The position numbers and the translations under genes are program-made. DNA of 25,839 bases from positions 1 through 25,839 of the IMG/VR virus record IMGVR_UViG_3300031644_000520. The stretch is one strand, 5' to 3'. Each line of letters opens with the position of its first letter. The stretch's first letter is position 1. This document shows positions 9,111-16,680 of this stretch, one piece after another. Under the pieces are notes generated by a model, which worked only from the letters and a program-made list of their open reading frames with translations, was not told where the DNA came from and made no database searches. Origin of the DNA: a virus. Its lineage: Duplodnaviria; Caudoviricetes.

Positions 9111-9856
9111 GAGTAGCAATCACCGGCTCAAGAGGCTTCATTGGTAGTCATCTTAAAACAAGATTAGAAAAAGATGGTCATGAAGTAATTGAATGGGATT
9201 TAAGACAAGATCCCCCAAGACCTGTATCAGATTTTAAACCTGACGAGGTGAGTTATTGTATTCACCTTGCAGCTTATGCTGACGTAAGAGCAAGTTTAAA
9301 AGATCCTGAAACATATTGGACAAACAACGTAGAAAATACTACAAGATTACAATTAATATGCAATCATAATAATATACCATTGCTATACGCATCTTCTTCT
9401 TGTGTTCATAAATGGTGGTTGTCACCATATGGTACTAGTAAAAAAGTAAATGAAGAAACAGCTTATCCTGGACAAGTTGGATTAAGATTTACTACTGTTT
9501 ATGGAGATGGTGCAAGAGAGTCTATGCTTATTGGAAAATTAATAGATGGCACTATTAGTTATTTAACAAAACATGTAAGAGATTTTACGCACGTTAGTGA
9601 CGTAGTAGAAGCAATAGTTTTATTAATGTCTAAAGATATTAGTAGGTTAAAACCAGTTTATGATATTGGAACTGGTATTGGAAACGTTGTTGAAGACTTA
9701 GGAATATTAGCTGGTTGGGAAGGAATTGAAGTAACAAATGGAGATGCATGTGAAGCACAAGATAATACTGCAGATATCACAGAAATGAAAGCATTAGGTT
9801 GGTCTGCAAAAGTTAATGTAAAAGATTATCTTCTACTAGCAACGATACCTTGCTAA
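9107..9856 (+). CDS. NAD-dependent NDP-sugar epimerase/dehydratase (extended SDR, GalE-like)
   Basis: TGSRGFIG, HLAA, YASSS, catalytic YGTSK, RFTTVYG, RDFTHVSD. Confidence 0.9.
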   Translation: MRVAITGSRGFIGSHLKTRLEKDGHEVIEWDLRQDPPRPVSDFKPDEVSYCIHLAAYADVRASLKDPETYWTNNVENTTRLQLICNHNNIPLLYASSSCVHKWWLSPYGTSKKVNEETAYPGQVGLRFTTVYGDGARESMLIGKLIDGTISYLTKHVRDFTHVSDVVEAIVLLMSKDISRLKPVYDIGTGIGNVVEDLGILAGWEGIEVTNGDACEAQDNTADITEMKALGWSAKVNVKDYLLLATIPC

Positions 9857-11055
9857 TGAAATTTGCCAGTATAATACCACTGATAGGTGGTGGAACAATT
9901 GCAATGCAAAACGTATTGCAAAAAAAACCAGAGTATTTATTGAGTTATGACGTATTTAAAGAAAATGATAATCACTTGGTACAATATTACAAAGGTCAAG
10001 TTCCATATCATCTGTATGGAGATAATGGGTTACCTAATTTACCTAGTGTTGAGGTTATTAATACCGTTTGCCCATGTGCTGGTCTTAGCAGTCTTAGTCC
10101 TTCAGCTAGTAGCGATGCTGCTGCTAACGATTGGATGCTTACCACTTCTAATCTTGTCTTGGGTACGCTCAAACCTCAAGTATTCTGGGGAGAAAACGCA
10201 CCAGGACTCGCTTCGAATATTGGAAAACCAGTTGTCTCAAAACTCAGAAAAGTTGCAGAAAAGTTTGGTTACACTTTCTCAATTTATAAAACAAAATCTA
10301 TCCTTCATGGATTAGGTCAAGTAAGAAATAGAAGTTTTTATTTCTTTTGGAAAGGCGATAAAGTACCACAATTTGAATACATAAAAAGACAACATGAGAA
10401 GATTGATGAAACTATTAGATTAGTCAAAAGAAGATCTGATGATTCAATGAATGTTCTTACTAATAAATCAACACCTTCACATAATCCATTTTATAGATAC
10501 GTTTTAGAAGAAATGTGTGGAGGCATTAGTCATAAAGACTTTGTTGAAAAGAAGATAACAAGATCACAAAACGCAATGGATTATATTGAATGGAATGGTC
10601 AAAACTATAAAAACGTATCAAAATGGATGGAAACACAAGGATTTGATAAACTTGCTGAAAGGTGTAGAATAATACACGATAAGTTGGCTAAAGGTGGAAA
10701 CATTATGAGAAAGCTTGTCCACTTTCCTAAAGAAACTATTGGTGCATTCGTTGGACACTTACCTAATAATCTCACTCATCCAGATGAAGATAGGTTTTTG
10801 ACTATAAGAGAATGCATGTCAATAATGAAACTGCCTGAAGACTTTACGTTACAAGGTGGACTAAAGAATTTAAATCATATATGCCAAAATGTGCCTGTTA
10901 CTACAGCTGAAGATATGGCTGAGCACGTAAAGAAGTTTGTTGATGGTAGATTGGATAATCAAATGCTAGATACAAACTTTTTAATTCAAGATAACACAAA
11001 TAAAAGGTTAAATTTTGAAAAAAACAGTGTACATTTAGATGCTTTTATGGTATAA
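9856..11055 (+). CDS. C5 cytosine DNA methyltransferase-like protein with atypical motif I
   Basis: Catalytic PCAGLS (motif IV), ENAP (VI), QVRNRSF (VIII), RFLTIRE..LP..F (IX), QNVP (X). Motif I reads IPLIGG instead of FxGxGG. Confidence 0.85.
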   Translation: MKFASIIPLIGGGTIAMQNVLQKKPEYLLSYDVFKENDNHLVQYYKGQVPYHLYGDNGLPNLPSVEVINTVCPCAGLSSLSPSASSDAAANDWMLTTSNLVLGTLKPQVFWGENAPGLASNIGKPVVSKLRKVAEKFGYTFSIYKTKSILHGLGQVRNRSFYFFWKGDKVPQFEYIKRQHEKIDETIRLVKRRSDDSMNVLTNKSTPSHNPFYRYVLEEMCGGISHKDFVEKKITRSQNAMDYIEWNGQNYKNVSKWMETQGFDKLAERCRIIHDKLAKGGNIMRKLVHFPKETIGAFVGHLPNNLTHPDEDRFLTIRECMSIMKLPEDFTLQGGLKNLNHICQNVPVTTAEDMAEHVKKFVDGRLDNQMLDTNFLIQDNTNKRLNFEKNSVHLDAFMV

Positions 11056-11056
11056 T
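11028..11056 (+). promoter_or_regulatory. Early-type promoter for uvsX, embedded in the 3' end of the methyltransferase gene
   Basis: -35 TGTACA 11028-11033, 17 bp spacer, TGG-TATAAT 11051-11056; no upstream palindrome. Confidence 0.8.
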
Positions 11057-11083
11057 ATAACTATTATTTGGAAGGAAAAATAA

Positions 11084-12124
11084 ATGTCTAGTATAATGGA
11101 TAAACTTAAGAAGAATAGCAAATCAGATTTTACGTCAATACTTGCTGATTCTAAATTTTTTAATGATAAAGATATGGTACCAACAGACGTACCTATGATA
11201 AACGTAGCCTTGTCTGGCTCAATGGACGGTGGTTTAGCACCTGGACTTACAGTATTAGCTGGTCCTTCTAAACATTTTAAAACTTCATTTGCATTAATTA
11301 TGGCAGCTGCATACTTAAAAAAGTATGACGACGCTGTATTATTGTTTTATGATTCAGAGTTTGGTTCGCCTTCATCATACTTTGAAAATTATGGTATTGA
11401 TACAAAAAGAGTATTACATACACCTATTACTAATGTTGAAGAACTTAAATTTGATATAGTAGGTCAACTTGAAAATTTAGATAGAAACGATAAAGTTGTA
11501 ATAGTTATTGATTCAGTTGGTAACTTAGCATCTAAGAAAGAATTAGATGATGCTATAAACGAAAAATCAGTTGCCGATATGTCAAGAGCTAAAGCGCTTA
11601 AAGGTTTATTTAGAATGACTACTCCATATTTAAATATGAAAAATATACCTTTAATTGCAGTAAATCATACTTATCAAGAAATTGGTTTATTTCCAAAAGC
11701 TGTAGTTTCAGGTGGTACAGGCATTTATTATAGTGCTGATAACATATGGATATTAGGCCGTCAACAAGACAAAGTTGGTACTGAAATTAGAGGTTACCAC
11801 TTTGTGATTAACGTGGAGAAATCAAGATATGTTAAAGAGAAGTCTAAAATACCTATTTCTGTCAGTTGGGACGGTGGTGTGCAGCATTACTCTGGCCTGC
11901 TTGACGCTGCTTTGTCTGGCAATTATGTTGCTAAGCCCAGCGTTGGTTGGTACTGTAGGGTTGATAAATCTACTGGAGAATTGGTGGATCCAAAAGTTCG
12001 AGAAAAAGATACATTAACTAAAGAGTTTTGGAAACCTATTATAGAAGATACTGATTTTAAACAATACTTAATGAATAAGTATTCAATAGTAAATAAGTCA
12101 GCAATGATAGATGAAGAAGAATAA
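11084..12124 (+). CDS. uvsX: RecA-like recombinase UvsX
   Basis: AGPSKHFKT P-loop, FYDSEFG, IDSVGNLASKKE, VSGGTGIYYSAD, VEKSRYVKEK. Confidence 0.96.
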   Translation: MSSIMDKLKKNSKSDFTSILADSKFFNDKDMVPTDVPMINVALSGSMDGGLAPGLTVLAGPSKHFKTSFALIMAAAYLKKYDDAVLLFYDSEFGSPSSYFENYGIDTKRVLHTPITNVEELKFDIVGQLENLDRNDKVVIVIDSVGNLASKKELDDAINEKSVADMSRAKALKGLFRMTTPYLNMKNIPLIAVNHTYQEIGLFPKAVVSGGTGIYYSADNIWILGRQQDKVGTEIRGYHFVINVEKSRYVKEKSKIPISVSWDGGVQHYSGLLDAALSGNYVAKPSVGWYCRVDKSTGELVDPKVREKDTLTKEFWKPIIEDTDFKQYLMNKYSIVNKSAMIDEEE

Positions 12125-12454
12125 ATGAGAGTTCACATACAAAATATTGGCGGTTTAGTTGCCAAAGAAGACGATAGATATATTGTAAAAGATAATATAA
12201 CATTAAAAAATCTAGTACTAAGCAGCACTCGACTTCAACCACGCAAATCAACAACAGGGCATAAACATCCAGGTCAAGAAGAAGTATATTATTTCGTTGA
12301 AGGCACTGGCAAAATGGAATTAGATAAAGAATGGATTCCTGTGAATCCTGGAGATGTTGTGTTAATTGAAGATGGAGTATTTCATCGTGTACATGCTGCA
12401 GATGAAGAACTATATTTTGTATGTGTATTTGACGGAACTCGAGGACACAAATGA
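12125..12454 (+). CDS. Cupin-domain protein
   Basis: GHKHPGQEEVYYFVEG and GDVVLIEDGVFHRV cupin motifs 1 and 2 with an intact His/His/Glu/His metal site. Confidence 0.9.
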   Translation: MRVHIQNIGGLVAKEDDRYIVKDNITLKNLVLSSTRLQPRKSTTGHKHPGQEEVYYFVEGTGKMELDKEWIPVNPGDVVLIEDGVFHRVHAADEELYFVCVFDGTRGHK

Positions 12455-12753
12455 AAGAAGGTATAGATTATCAAATAATTCCAGATAGAAACGACGAACA
12501 ATCTTGGAATGTTAGAATTTTAAAAGGAATATTTACTGAAACAGTTCTTAAATATGGAACTGTTAAGTTTAATGAAATACCTGAGAATATGTCATTTGAT
12601 TTTATAATAGTATATACACCTGATACAGAACTTAAAGTAAGTGATGAAAAACTACAAGAGTTTGCTGGATATATGCTTGAAAAGATTATGGCCCAAGGTA
12701 TAGAAGAAGGCAGCGTTATAACAAAGGAAATTAAAAATGGAAAAAGTGAGTAG
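12451..12753 (+). CDS. Probable gp40-like head vertex assembly chaperone
   Basis: Size (100 aa) and position between uvsX and gp41 as in T4; weak sequence support. Confidence 0.45.
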   Translation: MKEGIDYQIIPDRNDEQSWNVRILKGIFTETVLKYGTVKFNEIPENMSFDFIIVYTPDTELKVSDEKLQEFAGYMLEKIMAQGIEEGSVITKEIKNGKSE

Positions 12754-12922
12754 CACTACAAGATTAATCTTATTAATGGATGAAATAGCCATTGCTAAAA
12801 GTCAACTACGACCAGAAGACACTGGTCATATACACACTGCAATCAGTTACTTAGAAAGTAGAGTTGATGAAGTGTCAATGAAAATCGATAATGATTTAAA
12901 GAAAGTAGCATATGCCAACTAA
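12737..12922 (+). CDS. Hypothetical protein (61 aa)
   Basis: AAGGA RBS; overlaps both neighbours; helical character. Confidence 0.7.
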   Translation: MEKVSSTTRLILLMDEIAIAKSQLRPEDTGHIHTAISYLESRVDEVSMKIDNDLKKVAYAN

Positions 12923-14279
12923 TTTAGAACAAACTATATTACGAAATCTTCTTACTAATGAAGACTACATGCGCAAAGTATTGCCTTTTATAAAACCTGA
13001 TTATTTTCAAGGTATTTATAAAGTCTTATTTAATGAAGCAGGTGTATTTGTATCTAAATATAATAAGTTGCCAAATGCCGAATCATTTAAGATCGAACTT
13101 GATCAATCAGAAAAATTAAGTGAAGAGCAATACAGTATGGCAGTAGATATTGTGCCTCAATTATTTAATAAGAATGATGTAGACGAACAATGGTTACTTG
13201 ATACTACTGAAAAGTGGTGTCAAGATAGAGCAATATATAATGCTATTATGGAATCAATATCAATTATTGATGGTAAGCATGAACAATTGACTAAAGGTGC
13301 TTTACCTGATTTATTAAGTAAAGCACTTGGTGTTGGCTTTGATCTTAAAGTTGGTCATGACTATACAGAGAATGTAGAGGAAAGATATGATTTCTATCAT
13401 ACAACAGAAGACAGACTACCATTTGATTTAGAATACTTTAATACAATCACCAAAGGTGGTGTCCCACGTAAAACTCTTAATATTGCTCTTGCTGGTACTG
13501 GTGTCGGTAAATCTCTTTTTATGTGTCACGTTGCTGCCTCATCTTTAGTTCAAGGCCGTAACGTATTATATATTACAATGGAAATGGCTGAAGAAAGAAT
13601 TGCAGAAAGAATCGATGCTAACTTATTAAATTGTCCTATTGATCAACTTGATAAATTATCAAAAGATCAGTTTACTACAAAAGTAAATGACATTGCACGT
13701 AAAACAACTGGTAAGTTAATTATAAAAGAATATCCTACTGGTTCTGCGCATTCTGGTCATTTCAGAGCATTGCTTAATGAACTTAAATTAAAAAGACAAT
13801 TTGAACCAGATTTAATTTTCATAGATTATTTAAATATATGTTCAAGTGCAAGAATGAAAGCAATGGGAGGATCGATCAATTCATACACTTACATTAAAGC
13901 AATTGCTGAAGAACTTCGTGGCCTTGCAGTTGAATTTAATGTACCGGTCTTTTCTGCAACGCAAACAACTCGTTCTGGTTTTAGTAACTCGGATGTTGGG
14001 CTTGAAGATACAAGTGAGTCTTTTGGATTACCTGCAACAGCCGATCTAATGTTTGCTTTAATATCTACTGAAGAACTTGAAAAACAAGGTCAGTTTATGG
14101 TTAAGCAATTAAAGAATAGATATAATGATCCAACGAATCATAAAAGATTTGTGGTTGGTGTTGATCGTAGTAAAATGCGTCTATATGATGTAGAAGAAGG
14201 AGAACAAACATTAACAGATGATACACCAGTATTTGATAAAACGACAACTGGTAAACGATTTGCAGACTTTAAATTATAA
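12912..14279 (+). CDS. gp41: Replicative DnaB-like helicase, T4 gp41
   Basis: AGTGVGKS Walker A, ITMEMAEE, IKEYPTG, IFIDYLNI, ATQTTR, SESFGLPATAD, KQLKNRY. Confidence 0.96.
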   Translation: MPTNLEQTILRNLLTNEDYMRKVLPFIKPDYFQGIYKVLFNEAGVFVSKYNKLPNAESFKIELDQSEKLSEEQYSMAVDIVPQLFNKNDVDEQWLLDTTEKWCQDRAIYNAIMESISIIDGKHEQLTKGALPDLLSKALGVGFDLKVGHDYTENVEERYDFYHTTEDRLPFDLEYFNTITKGGVPRKTLNIALAGTGVGKSLFMCHVAASSLVQGRNVLYITMEMAEERIAERIDANLLNCPIDQLDKLSKDQFTTKVNDIARKTTGKLIIKEYPTGSAHSGHFRALLNELKLKRQFEPDLIFIDYLNICSSARMKAMGGSINSYTYIKAIAEELRGLAVEFNVPVFSATQTTRSGFSNSDVGLEDTSESFGLPATADLMFALISTEELEKQGQFMVKQLKNRYNDPTNHKRFVVGVDRSKMRLYDVEEGEQTLTDDTPVFDKTTTGKRFADFKL

Positions 14280-14461
14280 TGACATGGGACGACTTTAAAG
14301 AAGGTCAATTGATATTAGATCCAGCAAATAGGCCATGGGAATACGATGGTGATGGAACACAGATATATAAATTAGAGTGTAAATTTGGTTCTAAAACACC
14401 ATGGGACGGCGGTTACCTACTTTGGAAAAAACAATACGGAAGTGAATGGGAAAAAGAATGA
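14279..14461 (+). CDS. Hypothetical protein (60 aa, Trp-rich)
   Basis: Translationally coupled on both sides (TAATG, ATGA). Confidence 0.7.
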   Translation: MTWDDFKEGQLILDPANRPWEYDGDGTQIYKLECKFGSKTPWDGGYLLWKKQYGSEWEKE

Positions 14462-15135
14462 TAGCAAAATTAATTTCATATAGCAAACCATCTGAGTTTG
14501 AAACACATGAAGAAGAATCGAATTTAACATCCTGTCAAGATCTAATTGCATATTGTGCAAGAGTATCTAATCCATCAGGACAAACAAATACTGCAACTAA
14601 TGAAAAGCTTTTAAAGTATCTTATTAAACATCAGCATTGGTCACCATTTGAAATGGTTAGTGCTTGTATTGAAATAAATACAACAAGAGATATTGCTAGA
14701 CAGATATTAAGACATAGAAGTTTTAGTTTTCAAGAGTTCAGTCAAAGGTATGCTAATCCAGTTGATGAATTAGAATTTATAACTAGAGAAGCAAGATTAC
14801 AAGATGATAAGAATAGACAAAGTAGTGTCGAAATTGATGATGAGGCTTTCCAAACAGATTGGGAAAGAGAACAGAAAAGAGTTATCTGGATGTGTAAACA
14901 AGTATACAACGCTGCAATTAAAAAAGGTATTGCAAAAGAAGTTGCCAGAGCAGTCTTACCTGAAGGATTAACTACATCTAGATTGTATATGAATGGAACT
15001 ATAAGAAGTTGGATTCATTTTATTGAACTAAGATCTAGTAATGGCACACAGAAAGAATGTAGCGAAGTTGCAATAGCCTGTGCAAAAGCAATATCAAAGA
15101 TATTTCCAATGGCTGATGATATATTATCGCAATGA
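14458..15135 (+). CDS. thyX: Flavin-dependent thymidylate synthase
   Basis: ThyX signature RHRSFSFQEFSQRY, HWSPFE, EVARAVLP, LR....Q.E. Confidence 0.96.
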   Translation: MIAKLISYSKPSEFETHEEESNLTSCQDLIAYCARVSNPSGQTNTATNEKLLKYLIKHQHWSPFEMVSACIEINTTRDIARQILRHRSFSFQEFSQRYANPVDELEFITREARLQDDKNRQSSVEIDDEAFQTDWEREQKRVIWMCKQVYNAAIKKGIAKEVARAVLPEGLTTSRLYMNGTIRSWIHFIELRSSNGTQKECSEVAIACAKAISKIFPMADDILSQ

Positions 15136-15359
15136 CAATTACCTATATGAAAGATGGTTCATCTAAAGCCTGGGATAAGACACCACGTAGCTATGAAATC
15201 AAATGGCCAGATGGCAAGAAAGAAGTATGGAAAGATATTACTGCTCGTGATTGTTTAACAAAATATGAAAATATGAATCCATATGGAAGTAATCTTGAAA
15301 TAAGAGAAATAGTTGGTAAAGAATTACAATTACAGAAAGTAATGAACAATGACAAATGA
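15132..15359 (+). CDS. Hypothetical protein (75 aa)
   Basis: ATGA overlap with thyX. Confidence 0.7.
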   Translation: MTITYMKDGSSKAWDKTPRSYEIKWPDGKKEVWKDITARDCLTKYENMNPYGSNLEIREIVGKELQLQKVMNNDK

Positions 15360-15609
15360 TATTAATAAAGTTACGCCATTACACGATCTCACATGGTATA
15401 TTAAATGGACAGCGTGTGTTTTTATACTGATTGCAGTAGCGTGTCGTAGTGTTAATGAAATTCCTAAAGTTTATGATGTAGTCTTTAGCCTATTAGGAAC
15501 ATTTGGATGGTTCTGGGTAGGATACTTATGGCATGATAGAGCACTTATAGTATTGAACGCAGTATTAGTATTTATGTTAACTATTAGCACGTTGAGGTAT
15601 ATGCTATGA
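15349..15609 (+). CDS. Small membrane protein (3 predicted TM helices)
   Basis: Three hydrophobic segments; WYIKW...WHDRALIVLN pattern. Confidence 0.75.
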   Translation: MTNDINKVTPLHDLTWYIKWTACVFILIAVACRSVNEIPKVYDVVFSLLGTFGWFWVGYLWHDRALIVLNAVLVFMLTISTLRYML

Positions 15610-15821
15610 CAAATAAGTATACTCAAGATATGACAGGAACTGGCGATCATATAACATTACCAGCTTATAAAGAGATGATAGGTACTACATCTATGGTTCA
15701 CTTCGGGTCTCAGCGATCATCTGAGGGACTGCAATTAGAACTGTTTCCGGAATTAATTCAAGATCCGGAACCAGAAAGATATTATGATTGGATGATGTGG
15801 AAACTTCGTTCGTCTAGTTAA
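15606..15821 (+). CDS. Hypothetical protein (71 aa, internal QLELF motif)
   Basis: GAGG RBS, ATGA overlap; stop codon lies within the repeat A palindrome. Confidence 0.7.
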   Translation: MTNKYTQDMTGTGDHITLPAYKEMIGTTSMVHFGSQRSSEGLQLELFPELIQDPEPERYYDWMMWKLRSSS

Positions 15822-15870
15822 CATGTTATGTTTATTTTCCTTTACTTTTAGAGAAAAGTATGGTATAATA
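15818..15870 (+). repeat. Type A promoter repeat, copy 2
   Basis: Identical to 4615-4667; -35 TTTACT 15841-15846, -10 TATAAT 15864-15869. Confidence 0.92.
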
Positions 15871-15904
15871 TATCTATTAAAATGAAAAATGCGGAGAATA
15901 TAAA

Positions 15905-16333
15905 ATGTATACACGTGAAAATATGATTAAATTTGCAAAGGAAAACTTTGAAGATATCTTTAATAATCTTGGTAAAATTGAACAAGGTAGTTTACTAGGA
16001 AATATAACAGAAGTAGCTGTGGTTAAAAAAAGAATAGCAGTAGGTACAGACGTTTCAGGTTCTGATATGATTGAAAATGGTTTAGAAAAAGAAATAAAAT
16101 CATGTTGGTCTTTAAACGGAGGTGTGGCAAGATTTGGAAACATTTCAAGTAAAAAAGATAAATGTCATTCTTTTGTGTTTATTGATGGAGTTAATAATAA
16201 AGAATATGAAGTTCCTCATGATATCGTTTTCAGTAAAATGAAAATAACAAAAGCGGCTGGAGGAGAAATCAGAGCTTCTAAATATAATATGCCAATATTT
16301 TCAAAATATGAGGTTAACTATTTAACATGTTAA
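15905..16333 (+). CDS. Hypothetical early protein, possible PD-(D/E)xK nuclease
   Basis: GNITE...GSD(x8)EIK spacing resembles the restriction-endonuclease-like catalytic motif; own promoter and GCGGAG RBS. Confidence 0.5.
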   Translation: MYTRENMIKFAKENFEDIFNNLGKIEQGSLLGNITEVAVVKKRIAVGTDVSGSDMIENGLEKEIKSCWSLNGGVARFGNISSKKDKCHSFVFIDGVNNKEYEVPHDIVFSKMKITKAAGGEIRASKYNMPIFSKYEVNYLTC

Positions 16334-16406
16334 TAACAAACTTTACAATAAGTGAAAATAACTGTGTACATTTGCCTAAAAGCATGGTATAATAGTACTA
16401 TAAAAT
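16322..16406 (+). repeat. Type B promoter repeat, copy 2
   Basis: Perfect 12 bp palindrome TTAACATGTTAA 16322-16333, -35 TGTACA 16365-16370, 17 bp spacer, -10 TATAAT 16388-16393. Confidence 0.9.
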
Positions 16407-16427
16407 AAACCTAACGGAGAATATATT

Positions 16428-16652
16428 ATGTCTAAAATGATTAGTGTTAATAGTTTAGAAAAGATGATTAAAGACGATCCTAAAAAGATTGGAATGTTAC
16501 TAAAAACTTTACCTTATAAAATTAAAGAGGAAAGCAAACGTGATGATCCTAGTATGTCAATAATGAAGGCTCTTACTAGTCGGCTCGTAATGGTTACACG
16601 ATTAGCAACTACAAGTCCTGTTGCAATCCCTTATTATAAGTTTCACAATTAA
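16428..16652 (+). CDS. Hypothetical early protein (74 aa)
   Basis: Follows promoter B and CGGAG RBS. Confidence 0.75.
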   Translation: MSKMISVNSLEKMIKDDPKKIGMLLKTLPYKIKEESKRDDPSMSIMKALTSRLVMVTRLATTSPVAIPYYKFHN

Positions 16653-16680
16653 TGGTTACACTTTTACAGGAGAGAATATA

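Noticed and set aside
833-15135. Introns or inteins in gp43, uvsX, gp41 or thyX
   Set aside because: All are uninterrupted and of normal or short length, with no intein or homing endonuclease motifs seen.
15673-15770. Structured RNA (inverted repeats AGATGAT/ATCATCT and TTCCGGA/TCCGGAA, plus a CTTCGG)
   Set aside because: Stems are short, lie within a plausible ORF and match no tRNA, riboswitch or ribozyme pattern I recognise. An Infernal/Rfam scan would settle it.
16313-16333. CtrA box (TTAA repeats)
   Set aside because: The TTAA units are 4 bp apart, not the TTAA-N7-TTAA consensus.
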